Numbered from the stretch's first letter, positions 32,401 through 42,075 are shown. The stretch: DNA of 64,000 nt from an uncultured Verrucomicrobiae bacterium (GCA_963702845.1 OY969763.1:512001-576000), one strand, 5' to 3'. Numbers and translations: made by a program. The notes: generated by a model from the sequence alone, not told the origin.

Positions 32401-34301
32401 TGAAGACCGGCGGAATCGCGAATCGGTTCCACTGGGACGTCTTCGTTCTGTATCCACATTTGGCCGTATTTGAACCACACGCCATTGTTTTGTCCGTTGC
32501 GCATGATCGGCGGGAGTTCATCATTTGCAGCTGCTGCCGGTGGCGGTGCGGGCTTTTTGGAATTACCATTTGCCGGTGCAACTTCGGTAGCTGGGGGGCG
32601 GCGGCGCGCCTGGACAATTTCGCGCGTCCAGCCCACATCAAAACCAAGCGGGTCCTTCGCTGGGAAAAATGTGTAGATGGCGAAAGACTTTTCGTTCGAG
32701 AAAACGATGTCATCGTAGCCATCACCGTTGATGTCAACGAACCGCAATCCGGCATCCCGCGCCGTCTCATTAGCGATAGTGACACTTTGAGGGAGTGCGA
32801 ATTTTCGCGGCGTCCACTGTTTTTGTTCCGGTGACCACGAGAAGATAACGTTTTGCTTTGGGTTGCTAATGATCAAGGAACAACGGCCGCTCCGATCGAT
32901 ATCGCGCAGTCGTGCGCCACGGCCCATTCCATCTTTGCCCGTGTAGACAAGCTCATCCTTGATGCGTAGACCTTTCAGCAAGGATTCGTTTTTTACCCAC
33001 GCCTTACCGTCGAAATCCCATCCGCCAGAGTCTCGGTCGTTTCGTACGATTGCGGAAGCGAAGCCGTTCGACTGCAACACTCCGAAGCGCACCGCCATAT
33101 CCCGGTTACTGCCGAGAGGGTCTTTGGCGACGAGTGGGACCGGGAAAGTCGTTTCGGTCCACTTGCGTTCATCGTTATTCCAAATGCGAGTAATCCGCCT
33201 TTGCTCGTCGGCAATCACCACATCCATGTAGCCATCGTTATTGACGTCGAGCACACGCACGCCGCTCTTCTGGCCGTTCGTCGCACGCAAAGGATGATTG
33301 GCCAACAAATTGCGGTTCAATCGTTGCAGCGCTTCGCGAAAGTTGAGGAACTTCACGCGTCGGCCGTATTTCTTGTCCGCGTAATCGATGAACTCAACCA
33401 TCTGGGTGTTATCGATCCAGCCGTGCGGATGGAAAATGAAGTTGAACACGCCTTGTTTGAGGACGGTTGCGTCCAGCAGTGCTTCCCAATCGCGCACGGT
33501 ATCAGGGTTCTTCGCGCCGTGGTAGTTCTGCGCTTCCCAGTCGCTCGGGACCGCGCCGGGAAATTCCCAGCACGACGTGCCGATCACGTATGGGTAAGGA
33601 TAGTCCTCGACTGTGATGCCAAAATTGTCGAACGGAACGTATTTGCGGAATCGTTCGTTACCTTGCTCGTCAATCGTCAGTGAGCGCGGCAGGCTGGTGT
33701 CGTTCGTGGTCGTGATGTTCATGACCGACGAGTCGATGGCGAGGAAATTTCCGCCGGGCGTGTTGCGATTGAAAATTTCCGCATAAAACCGCGGACTCGA
33801 GCTATTCATCGAATCGCAACACGGCATCCGAAACGCCACCGGTTTAACTCCCGGAATTTTGTTGAGCAGATCGGTGCAGCCATGAACGGTTTTTTCGGCG
33901 GCGGTGAAATTGCTGTGGCTTAGAAGCGGGCAGGGGTGGGCGAGCGTATGAACTTCGATGGAGAGCCCTTCTTTGAGCCACGCCTGTAGCTGCGGATCTT
34001 TCGCGCTGGCGTTGCAAGTCATGATGCTGACCGGTGCGCGCCCATCGATTTGTTTCAAGCGGTTAAGGATGGGACGCAGAAACGTTTCATAACCGGCTGT
34101 TTCCTTCATGTCGTCGATGGCGAGGACAACGACCGCGTCAATGTTGGAATCACCAACCCATTGCGGGGTGGTTAGTTTTGGGAAATTGACGTGCGGATAG
34201 AACGGGTCGGTCGTGTCCATGTAGGCAAGCCGATTGGCATCCGTTGCGAATAAACGCACACAGCTTGCGACCAGCAGGAGCGCGGCAAAAACCCGGTTCA
34301 T
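29445..34301 (-). CDS. PVC-type heme-binding CxxCH protein with N-terminal polysaccharide-deacetylase-like and FG-GAP/VCBS domains
   Basis: LAIDD, EVHTLAH, FRMPC (NodB-like); DVNNDGYMD, DINGDGYDD; LVASEP, EMGDYP, WFRP, GPDGALYVADMYR propeller; HEAT repeats; CITCH, VGPDL, SLMPEGLE. Confidence 0.9.
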   Translation of the reverse strand: MNRVFAALLLVASCVRLFATDANRLAYMDTTDPFYPHVNFPKLTTPQWVGDSNIDAVVVLAIDDMKETAGYETFLRPILNRLKQIDGRAPVSIMTCNASAKDPQLQAWLKEGLSIEVHTLAHPCPLLSHSNFTAAEKTVHGCTDLLNKIPGVKPVAFRMPCCDSMNSSSPRFYAEIFNRNTPGGNFLAIDSSVMNITTTNDTSLPRSLTIDEQGNERFRKYVPFDNFGITVEDYPYPYVIGTSCWEFPGAVPSDWEAQNYHGAKNPDTVRDWEALLDATVLKQGVFNFIFHPHGWIDNTQMVEFIDYADKKYGRRVKFLNFREALQRLNRNLLANHPLRATNGQKSGVRVLDVNNDGYMDVVIADEQRRITRIWNNDERKWTETTFPVPLVAKDPLGSNRDMAVRFGVLQSNGFASAIVRNDRDSGGWDFDGKAWVKNESLLKGLRIKDELVYTGKDGMGRGARLRDIDRSGRCSLIISNPKQNVIFSWSPEQKQWTPRKFALPQSVTIANETARDAGLRFVDINGDGYDDIVFSNEKSFAIYTFFPAKDPLGFDVGWTREIVQARRRPPATEVAPANGNSKKPAPPPAAAANDELPPIMRNGQNNGVWFKYGQMWIQNEDVPVEPIRDSAGLHQVVSRYSFHDLITFGQPKPKSPKASLACMSPVPGFKVELVASEPLTKSPVAFEWGADGKLWVVEMGDYPLGIDGKGKPGGIIRFLEDTNGDGIYDKSTVFLEGVNFPNGIYPWRKGVIVSAAPEIFYAEDTDGDGEADVRKTLFTGFNEGNQQHRANGFDYGLDGWLYGANGDSGGSISSIGGLQKSVDDLPKGVDIGGRDFRLNPDMGEFETQAGETQFGRHRDDWGNWFGNNNATMLWHYFLPIEYLTRNPHLSVSQTYQLLAKYTNGTRVYPTSKTLQRFNDPNGANHLTSGNSPTPYRDELFGPDFPHSVFISEPVHNLVHREELEADGVTFKSHRAKTELHREFLTSRDNWFRPTQIKTGPDGALYVADMYRLVIEHPEWIPSVIQKQYDLRAGADKGRIYRVYPVKAKLRPIPNMEKMMDAELCAELESPNGWQRDTAQRLLTERANTNVVKLLEKQFIQSQQAEFWNGITRRVGKAPTRGRVHTLYTLRALHALSPTIVTAALKDPYASIREHAAHMCDSFLIENAGAPNKELETALLALADDPSIRVRYQVAFALGYSSNPRAGEALAKIALRNAKSEPIQIAVMSSATNHVGEMLATVLSAPKPPGNVVEQLVGLATAMDDSKAFETALVKIAQPVNGKIETWQISALAGFLDALDRRNISLKKFHESAPASLKMTTERLEPLFAEARLIASNPASHKADQTAALRLFGRGLSAQSDDVKLLGSFLSGTSAPGSRKIALATLRRSRIPLTADVMLDGWKSYLPETRVEIMNAILSRLGWTKQLLDRLEKGSIPPGQIAPAFQQKLLTHVQPTVISRAKKIFASANPNRKKLVEDYQDVASLKGDAKRGANLFKQNCITCHFFKGQGKAVGPDLGALGNKSVQTLLVAILDPNQAIESRYLSYTAVTKNDRELTGVIAAETPTSITIKSSGGTEEAVLRTDLVSLTSSGLSLMPEGLEKALSHQAMADLIAYLSAK

Positions 34302-34449
34302 TGAATAGGACGAGTGAAGCGACGCGGGGCAGGGAATGCAAATGTTTTCGCCTTAACAAAAACGGAGCAATTACGCCGTCCATCGCAACAAAATACAGCT
34401 TCAAACGTTGGCCTTGCAACCCGCACTCCGGAAAAGTTCCCGGAATGTT

Positions 34450-34790
34450 GCTACAACCAGCTACTAGTCACTACAACTTGCAACCCGTAGTAACTTTCAA
34501 CCAGCTACTTTGCAACTGAGGGAGTTTAAAACTTGAGAATTTTTCATCGAATTTTCGCAGGATTTGATGCGGGTCTGGATTTGGAAACCGTTGATGTGCG
34601 CTGATTTGTGTTAATCAGAGGGCGTTCGAGGGGGGTGGTTGTTTAAACCGCAACTACCCGAAACTCTCCGCAACACTGAATTTTGACCTCGTAGCAAATC
34701 CCGCTCGGACAACGACTTAGTGCGAATTACGAAATTGGGCGAAATTCGGACAATTTAGGGGAATTCCGCACGATTCCGTACCTTTTCGCA
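34450..34790. repeat. Four blocks of degenerate 10-bp-period repeats in a non-coding region
   Basis: gctacaacca/gctactagtc/actacaactt/gcaacccgta (34450-89); ccgttgatgt/gcgctgattt/gtgttaatca (34588-617); ccgcaactac/ccgaaactct/ccgcaacact (34648-77); gaaattgggc/gaaattcgga/caatttaggg/gaattccgca/cgattccgta (34731-80). Confidence 0.75.
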
Positions 34791-34828
34791 TCATTTTTCC
34801 TTTTCTGATGCACTTTTGATTTTCAAAG

Positions 34829-34954
34829 ACCAAACGAAGTTTGGATCCAATTCCAAGCTCTGGGCCAGCCAACGGGGGCTGATTGCTTATCAATGTATAG
34901 TAACGTTACTACTTGTCAACGCTGTCGGTTTTGCTGTTTGGGTTTGTGGCAAAA
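34829..34954 (-). promoter_or_regulatory. Conserved non-coding element, copy A (promoter TTGACA-N16-TACATT, palindrome TAGTAACGTTACTA, hairpin)
   Basis: Aligns by eye over ~125 bp with 39260-39379; -35 at 34914-19, -10 at 34892-97, perfect 14-bp palindrome at 34898-34911. Confidence 0.8.
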
Positions 34955-35036
34955 CGATAAATGGAAATGTAAAGGACTGACCCTGCGAGCGTAGGGACAA
35001 AGAATTGAGGGTGGGGGGTGCAGTTGCTGCCAGAAA

Positions 35037-38000
35037 TTATGGCAGGCGTATTCGGTAGAAGCGTGTCGAATAGTTTGTCCACTGCGGGTCGGTGTAAAAG
35101 GAGATGTTTCCGGAAAGTGTGTTGGTAGAGACAGGTGTCCAATCGGTCAGGTTGGTGGTGGCTTCGACCACTGCGACAAGATTGCTGCTGCCGATCATGT
35201 TAAATCCAAATTGGTTGGCTTGTAGGCCGAAGGTGCTGTCGGCGAGTTGAATCATTAAACCGTTCCATAACACGACGGGAAGGCCGTCGAGAGTTGAGCC
35301 CCATCCTGTGGTCCCCGAGAAGTAATAGACCGTTGCCGGCTGGGTTTGGGCAAATGCGTTTGGATCCACTCCAGGTGCGTTGCCTTGAAAAATGACGTTG
35401 CGGAGGTTGGGGCACAATTCGAAGACGTCGTTGGAGATGCCGGTGATTTTTGGGCCGAGGATTATGGTATTGAGATCCGAACAGGAAGCAAAGGCATAGC
35501 TGGCCAGGGTAGTGACGTTTGCGCCGAGAATAATGCTGGTCACGTGTGTGCCGGCGAATGAGTAGGTGGCGATGGTGTTGACGGTGTCTGGAACTCTGTA
35601 GCTACCCCTAAGACCTGTTGGGGAACTGGATCAGGGTGGTTTGGTTTTTGTTGAACAGAACGCCGCCCAGACTGCTGAACGTTAAATTTTGGGGCGACAC
35701 CGAGATAGAGGTAAGGGTGTCGCATCCGGCAAGGGCTTGTGAGCCGATTGTATTTACATTGGTCCCGATATTAATGCTCGTGAGGTTTGGAGAATCGTAG
35801 AAAGCATCGAGCAAAATGCTGGTGACTGTGGCGGGAACGGTGTAACTGCCGGCGAGGCCGGGAGGATATTCGACGAGAGTCGTTTGGCTTTTGTTGAAGA
35901 GGACGCCGTTGAGGCTGCTGTAATTGGGGTTGAGTGAGTTGACGGTTATCGCCGTGAGATTGGTGCAGCCGAAAAACACGGGATTGAGGATGCTGGTTAC
36001 GTTTTGGGGGAGGCTGATATTTGTAAGGCTTGTGCATTGGTCAAATGCGCCGGTCTTGATGGTGGTCAGCCCCGTGCCAAGGGCGACACTGGCGAGGTTG
36101 GAGCATGAATTAAAAGCGTAGTTGCCGATCGTTGCGATGCTGTTTGGAAGGGTGATGGAAGTCAGGGCCGTGCAATGATCGAAGCTGCCGCCAGTGCTGG
36201 TAAGCCCCGGGGTAAAGGTGACGTTGATCAGGTTGGAACAATAACCAAATGATTCGTCGCCGAAGGTGGTTATTTTGGGTGGGATAATGACGTTAGTGAG
36301 GCCGCCGCAACGGTAAAATGCATTCATTCCCATGGTAGTCACGTTGGTGCTGAGGACGAGATTGGTCATGGCGAAGCACTGGTCGAAGGCGTAGTTGCCA
36401 ATGCTGGTGATGGAATTGGGCATAACTACACTGGTGAGATTGGTGCAATTTTCAAAAGCGTTATCGCCAATCGACGTTATGCCGTTCGAGAGAGTGACGC
36501 TGACCAGAGCAGGACAATTGTTAAAGGCGGATGCTCCGATTGAAGTGATTTTGCCGGGAATGACAATATTGGTCAGACTTTGGCATTGCGTGAAGCTGCT
36601 AGCGGCGATTGAGGTGACGTTGGTTCCAATGGTGACGTTGGCGAGGCTGATGCAATTTGCAAACGCAGCACCGAGGGTCGTGACTGTATTCGGGATCGTG
36701 ATAGCTGTCAGGTTGCTGCAACTCGAAAAGGCGGACGCGCCAATGTTCAGAATGCCATCCGCCAAGGCAACGGAATTCAAGGAACCGCACCCCTGGAAGG
36801 CAGAGGCTCCAATGACTTTGACGCTTCCAGGGATTGCAACGCCAGTCAACTGATAGCAGTTCATAAACGCCTGGGTTCCAATATTGGTAACACTGCCCGG
36901 AATGCTGACGGACGTTAAGCTCGTGCAATTGCGAAAGGCACTGTTACCGATATTGGTGACGCTATTCGGGAGAACGATGCTGCTGAGGCTCGAACAACCG
37001 GAGAAAGCGGAGGTGTTGATAACGGGAACTTTGTTGCCGATCGTGACACTTGAAAGACTGGTGCAGTTGAGGAATGCGCTGCTGCCGAGATTGGTGACGG
37101 TGTTTGGGATGCTGACGGCCAGACTTGAGCAATTCTGAAATGCGGCAACTCCGATGCTCGCGACCGTTGCCGGGAGCGTCATATTGGTCAAGTCGGTGCA
37201 GCCTTCGAACGCTGTCGCGGCGATATTAGTAAGGCCAATTGGCAAAGAGATGCTTCCGAGGCTTGAGCAATTTTGAAACGTGGAGGTCGCGATGTTTTTG
37301 ACGTTCGCAGGAAGAGTGAGGCTGGCGAGTGTTGCGCAACCTTGAAAGGCGGTGGTGCCGATGGTGGTGACGGTGACGGGAATGCTCACGTTATTAAGGT
37401 CAGTGCAATCTTGAAATGCGGTGTTTCCGATGTTGGTAGCAATTGAAGGAAGAATGACGTTGGTGAGGCTAGTGCAACCATAACAGAGAAAGTTGCCAAC
37501 GTTCTTCATCGAGCCGGGCAATTTATCGAGGCGAGGCTGGAACAATCCTGAAATGTTCTGTCGCCGATTGAAACGACAGTGGTCGGGATGCTGATCGAGA
37601 TCAGGTTTGCGCACCCGTCAAAGGCGGCAGTGGCGATATTGGTGACATGCGCTGGAATAAAAACGGAAACGAGATTGGAACAGTTGCCGAACAGGCTGGA
37701 TCCGATGCTGGCCAGGTTGGTGCTGAGAGACGCGTTTGTCAGACTGAGCAACTTAGGAACACACTGACACCAAGGTTGGTGACAGCATCGGGAAGAATGA
37801 TGCTTGGAAGGTTCGTGCAGTCGGCAAAGGTGTCGTCACCGATTGAGGTAACATTGGGCGGAATAGTGATGTTGGTGAGGTCGAGCAACCAGAGAATGCG
37901 TAGTAACCAATCGATTTGACGCCGAGAGGAATGTTGACGGTGCTGAGACTGACGCACCCTTGAAAGGAGTAGTTCGGAAGAGTGGTGATGGCAGTTCCCA

Positions 38001-38435
38001 GATAAGCGTTTGTTAAAGAATTACATCCGTTAAAAACTCCGACGCCGAAATTGGTGACAGTATCGGGCACGGAAACAGCACTCAAGTAGAAGCAGCCATA
38101 AAAAGCGCTATCACCTATAGTCTTTAACCCAGATCCCAGATTTATATTGGTCAGGTAAATATTTTGGTCGAACGCTCCCGCGCCGAGGTTTGTGACGCTG
38201 TTCGGGATGGTGACATCGTTGAAGGAGTTGTTGTGCTGAAATGCACTGTCCGCGATGCTGGTGACGGAAGGGCCGTGATGGTGTCCGGGATGTTGACCGT
38301 CCCGCCTGGACCAGAATAGCCCGTAATGGTAATCGTTCCGTTGTTTGTGGTGTAGTTGAATTGCGCCTGACCGGACGATGGCATTATCGCGACAAATACA
38401 AAAGATAACCGCAATAAGGTGAGGATGGTTTTCAT
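35037..38435 (-). CDS. BspA/TpLRR-type leucine-rich repeat surface protein (~1100 aa), several frameshifts
   Basis: Signal peptide MKTILTLL...GQA|QFNYTTNNGTITITGY; dozens of 23-aa C.SL.SI.IP.SVT.IG..AF repeats; NPNYSSLNGVLFNK modules; C-terminal EATTNL..W...FYRIRLP. Spread over ORFs 38151-38519, 37753-38085, 37739-37957, 37506-37751, 35608-37614 and 35037-35543. Confidence 0.92.
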
Positions 38436-38469
38436 CAATTGCGCTGCGCGCCTAGGTTCACAAGTCACC

Positions 38470-38646
38470 TGGGCCTGCCTCGATTTGGTAGACAGGTTGT
38501 GTCTGAGTGCGCATGACACATTGGGATTATTAGTTTAGTTGCGTTTCAAAGTCTACAGGCGATTGGTAACCGAGGGCGCTGTGGAGCCGCCTGCGGTTAT
38601 AAAAAATCTCCAATCCATTCCTGTCCCCCAATTCGAGGCAAGTCCA
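38470..38646 (-). mobile_element. 177-bp internally deleted IS3-family element (MITE-like)
   Basis: 26-bp imperfect terminal inverted repeats TGGGCCTGCCTCGATTTGGTAGACAG / TGGACTTGCCTCGAATTGGGGGACAG (TG...CA ends) enclosing only the transposase C-terminus EIFYNRRRLHSALGYQSPVDFE. Confidence 0.88.
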
Positions 38647-38827
38647 AGGCAAATTCTTATCAGTGCAGCCGAGCAGAACGACAGTGTAATGGTGAAACCA
38701 TGTCGAGGCGGCGAACCACTGGATGGCGCGGGCAGCTTCCTTCTTTGCTGAGAGAAATTTCAGGGCACTCCGCATTGCGGGCGTTGTATCTCCGTCGTTA
38801 TGTATACAACGTAAACCGAAGGAAATT

Positions 38828-39112
38828 ATGAAGATTCAAATGATGATTGTTACGGTGGCTCTTGGGCTGATGGTTGGTTGCGCTTCCAACAACGTTAATG
38901 AACCTGCAGGAGCGCAGGCCATGGGGACACGTTTCAGCGAGCTTCCGCTGGCAGTGCAACACACAATCCGGACACAAAATCCCACGGGCCAAATTGCTGA
39001 CATCGACAAGGAGAGGCGTTCAGGCCGCGTCATTTATGAAGTTCAATTCGCTGAACCAGGGCTAAATCCAAGACTGCATATCGCGGAGGATGGCACTTTG
39101 TTGATGAAATAA
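38828..39112 (+). CDS. Small lipoprotein with a PepSY-like domain
   Basis: Lipobox LMVGC; LPLAVQ.TI...IADIDKE....IYEVQF....LHIAEDGTLL. Confidence 0.8.
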   Translation: MKIQMMIVTVALGLMVGCASNNVNEPAGAQAMGTRFSELPLAVQHTIRTQNPTGQIADIDKERRSGRVIYEVQFAEPGLNPRLHIAEDGTLLMK

Positions 39113-39146
39113 AGTGCTCAAATTTTAACAGCACATGCGACGACTA

Positions 39147-39175
39147 GATTGGCCGCTTATTAAGAGCGGCCAATC
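39147..39175. terminator. Strong hairpin between the lipoprotein gene and element B
   Basis: gattggccgct-tattaag-agcggccaatc, perfect 11-bp stem; no clear U-tract. Confidence 0.5.
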
Positions 39176-39259
39176 CGGGGGTAGTTTTCAAACCGAAAGC
39201 GGAACGTCTGGCCCGCATCCCAAACTCTTCGTAACACCGAACTTCGGCCGCACAACAAT

Positions 39260-39379
39260 ACCAAACGAAGTTCGGATCCAATTCAAAGTCCCGGTCCCAA
39301 AGGGGGCTGATTGCTTATTATTGTATTCTAACGTTACTACTTGTCTTCGTCATCGTTTTGGTTTTGGGTTTGTGGAAAA
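39260..39379 (-). promoter_or_regulatory. Conserved non-coding element, copy B (promoter AAGACA-N16-TACAAT)
   Basis: Direct repeat of 34829-34954; -35 at 39342-47, -10 at 39320-25, core TAACGTTA retained. Confidence 0.8.
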
Positions 39380-39478
39380 AGTTGGGATTGACACCAAGAT
39401 TTTCTATTCTTTTCGGACGGATGATTGATTGAACATGCTGGATTCTAAATTCCAGATTGATACGTTTGTCGCGATAAA

Positions 39479-41480
39479 ATGTTAAGAGATCGCCACTTAG
39501 TCCAAGTTGTAAGGATCGGCTTATTTTGCTTCGCGGCAACATGTGCTAATGCGGTTGGCCCTTCTATTTCAGAACCGCGTGTTTTGGAATCCCTTTCAAA
39601 TCAAGTTGTAAGCGCACAGGATGTATTGCGAGTAGATCCAATGCCCAAATGGGTGTTGCCTTTGCAATTCGAATGGCCGTCCCAAGCGGCATTAAATGCA
39701 CCTGGCGAGGATCATCGCCTCTTGCTTTGGGACGAACAGATCAATGCTGAAACACTGCAACGATTCTTCCACTCCAGCGGCCGGATTTTGTCCAGCGCCG
39801 GGTGCAAAATGGCTCTCATATCTCGGTTGATTTCGATCCCGCATTTCAGAATTTGACCTTTCATTGGGTAAAAGGTCTTGCGCGGCAATAAGTGGATCGA
39901 TCGCCTTGACATCAGCAAAGTTAAAATCATTCAGCGGGAAACCGGCATGGAGGAATATTTATTTAATGGCGAAAAATCAGCCGTGCTGCTGTTGGATGAT
40001 GTCCGCGTTGGCGACGTCGTTGATTACGCGTACACACTCAGCGGGGACAATTCAGTTTTTGCCAGCAAGTTCGCCGATTCTGTAACAGTCCAATTGTCGG
40101 AACCTGTGGAACGAATATCCACCAGACTGTTGTGGCCCACACAGCGTCACCTTTATATTAAGAACCACGGCACGATTGCTCCGCCGGTTGTTGTTCGACG
40201 TGGGAATGCTTTTGAATACAAATGGGACTTCAAAGAAATTTCCCGGACAGCCCTCAGACGGTTCTCTGCCGACCTGGTATGACCCGCGACCATGGGTGCA
40301 ACTTAGCGAATACAAAACATGGGCCGAAGTTAATCAATGGGCATTATGGCTGTTCCGGGATACCAACGGCTTTTCGCCTGAACTTGTGGAAAGGGTGCGT
40401 GAATGGGGAAAGATCGCAAACAAAGAGGAACGCGTTCTGACAATATTGCGCTTTGTCCAAGAAGAGGTGCGATATCTCGGTCTCGAAATGGGAGCCGGTT
40501 CATTTAAGCCTTGCGGCGCATCAGAAGTTTTTGCGCGTCGGTTTGGCGATTGCAAGGACAAGTCCATGCTTTTCGTTTCCATACTAAAGGCATTGCAGAT
40601 TGAGGCATATCCCGTGCTCGTAAACACCAGACAGCGCCACGCGCTGGATCACTGGCAACCGACCGGCCCCGCGTTCGATTACGTTGTTTCACTAGTGAAA
40701 ATTGATGACCGGATATTTTTGGCTCGACCCCACCAGAACCTATCAGCGCGGGCCATTAACTTCTCGTGCGGTCGGCGATTACGAAAGAGGACTGGTTGTA
40801 AAGACGGGAACGGCGAGCTTGTCCGTTATTCCACATCCGTCAGCAGAATCCCAAACTTCAATTGCAGAGTACTTTCAAATAAGGGCGACCGACGAGCCAA
40901 GCGAACTCCGAGTCATAACTGTTGCAAATGGCAAGGATGCCGAGGGTTTTCGACGAGAATTTGCGACCACACCGCGCGCTCAAATCGAAAAGGCATATTT
41001 GAACTACTACGCGGCAACATACCCTGAGATCAGGCAAACTGCTCCAATTTCGTTCACTGATGACGAATCAGAGAACCGAATTGAGATTACAGAAACGTAA
41101 ACTCGCTTAACAGAATTTGGACGCGGCCTTCTGAAGATCACCCGTTCCGTTGCGAGTTTTCTCCTCACACGTTGACGCACTTATTGAAAGCACCCGTTGT
41201 ATCGTTACGGACAATGCCGTTGGGTTTAGAATTTCCACAGCACGTGGTTTTCAAAATTGAGGCAAGCCTGCCTCGAACATGGTTCATACAAAATGAACAA
41301 AAGAAAATCGAAGGCGACGCTTTTTACTTCCGCAGTAACGTTGCGGGCGGCCTAAACAAGCTGACTCTCGAATACGAATACAAGACTTTGTCGGATTCAG
41401 TGCCGGTTGAAAGTATGCCGGATTATTTGCGCCATTTGGATGATGCGTGGCAGAATCTTGGTTATTCCATTCGCCTGTGA
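39479..41480 (+). CDS. DUF3857 + transglutaminase-like domain protein, several frameshifts
   Basis: LLLWDEQIN, DDVRVGDVVDYAY, FVQEEVRYLGLE, RRFGDCKDK, WLDPT motifs in successive ORF pieces. Confidence 0.85.
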
Positions 41481-41485
41481 ATTGG

Positions 41486-41518
41486 AACCCGCAAACGAGG
41501 GCACCTGCGGGTTTGTTT
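41486..41518 (+). terminator. Intrinsic terminator
   Basis: aacccgca-12nt-tgcgggtt followed by tgttt, just after the stop codon. Confidence 0.55.
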
Positions 41519-41571
41519 GAGACACTAAACCGCTTGCTCACGCGCGCGGCTCTGATGTTAAGTTACAGCGC

Positions 41572-41990
41572 ATGAACTACTGGATCGTCAAACAGGAACC
41601 GGAAGATTATTCATTTGCGGATTTTGTGAGGATGGGAAAACGGCGTGGACCGGCGTGCGCAATTATCAGGCTCGAAATAATCTTCGCGCCATGAAAACCG
41701 GCGATAAGGTGTTTTCTATCATTCGGGCGAAGAGAAGGCGATTGTCGGTACGGCTCGAGTGGACAAAGCCGGCTACCTGACCCGACGGCGAAGGAAGGCG
41801 ATTGGGTGGCAGTTGACCTTAGAGCAGAAAAACCTTGGCAAAACCAGTCTCTCTGCCGCTATCAAGGGCGACAATCTCCTGAAAGATATCACTCTCGCGC
41901 GCAATTCGCGATTGTCAGTTTCTCCGCTTCAAGGAGCAGGAATTCTGAGCAGTATTTTGGAATTGGCCGAGCTGATTAAGTGGTTAAATG
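41572..41990 (+). CDS. EVE domain protein, frameshifted; end approximate
   Basis: Read across frames: MNYWIVKQEPEDYS...WTGVRNYQARNNLRAMKTGD...YHSG...RNSRLSVSP. Confidence 0.85.
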
Positions 41991-42047
41991 ACGAAAATCG
42001 TAAAAAGGCCAAAACGCTGAATTTGCACAAGGTGTTGAATGTTTCGT

Positions 42048-42075
42048 TTGCCACGCATCCCTTATATTGTATTGT
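42048..42075 (+). promoter_or_regulatory. Putative aceE promoter TTGCCA-N16-TATTGT
   Basis: Hexamers ~100 nt upstream of the pyruvate dehydrogenase operon. Confidence 0.4.

Noticed and set aside
38530..38775. Intact 81-aa transposase ORF
   Set aside because: Only the last ~26 residues are transposase-like; the rest reads through the inverted repeat and flanking DNA.
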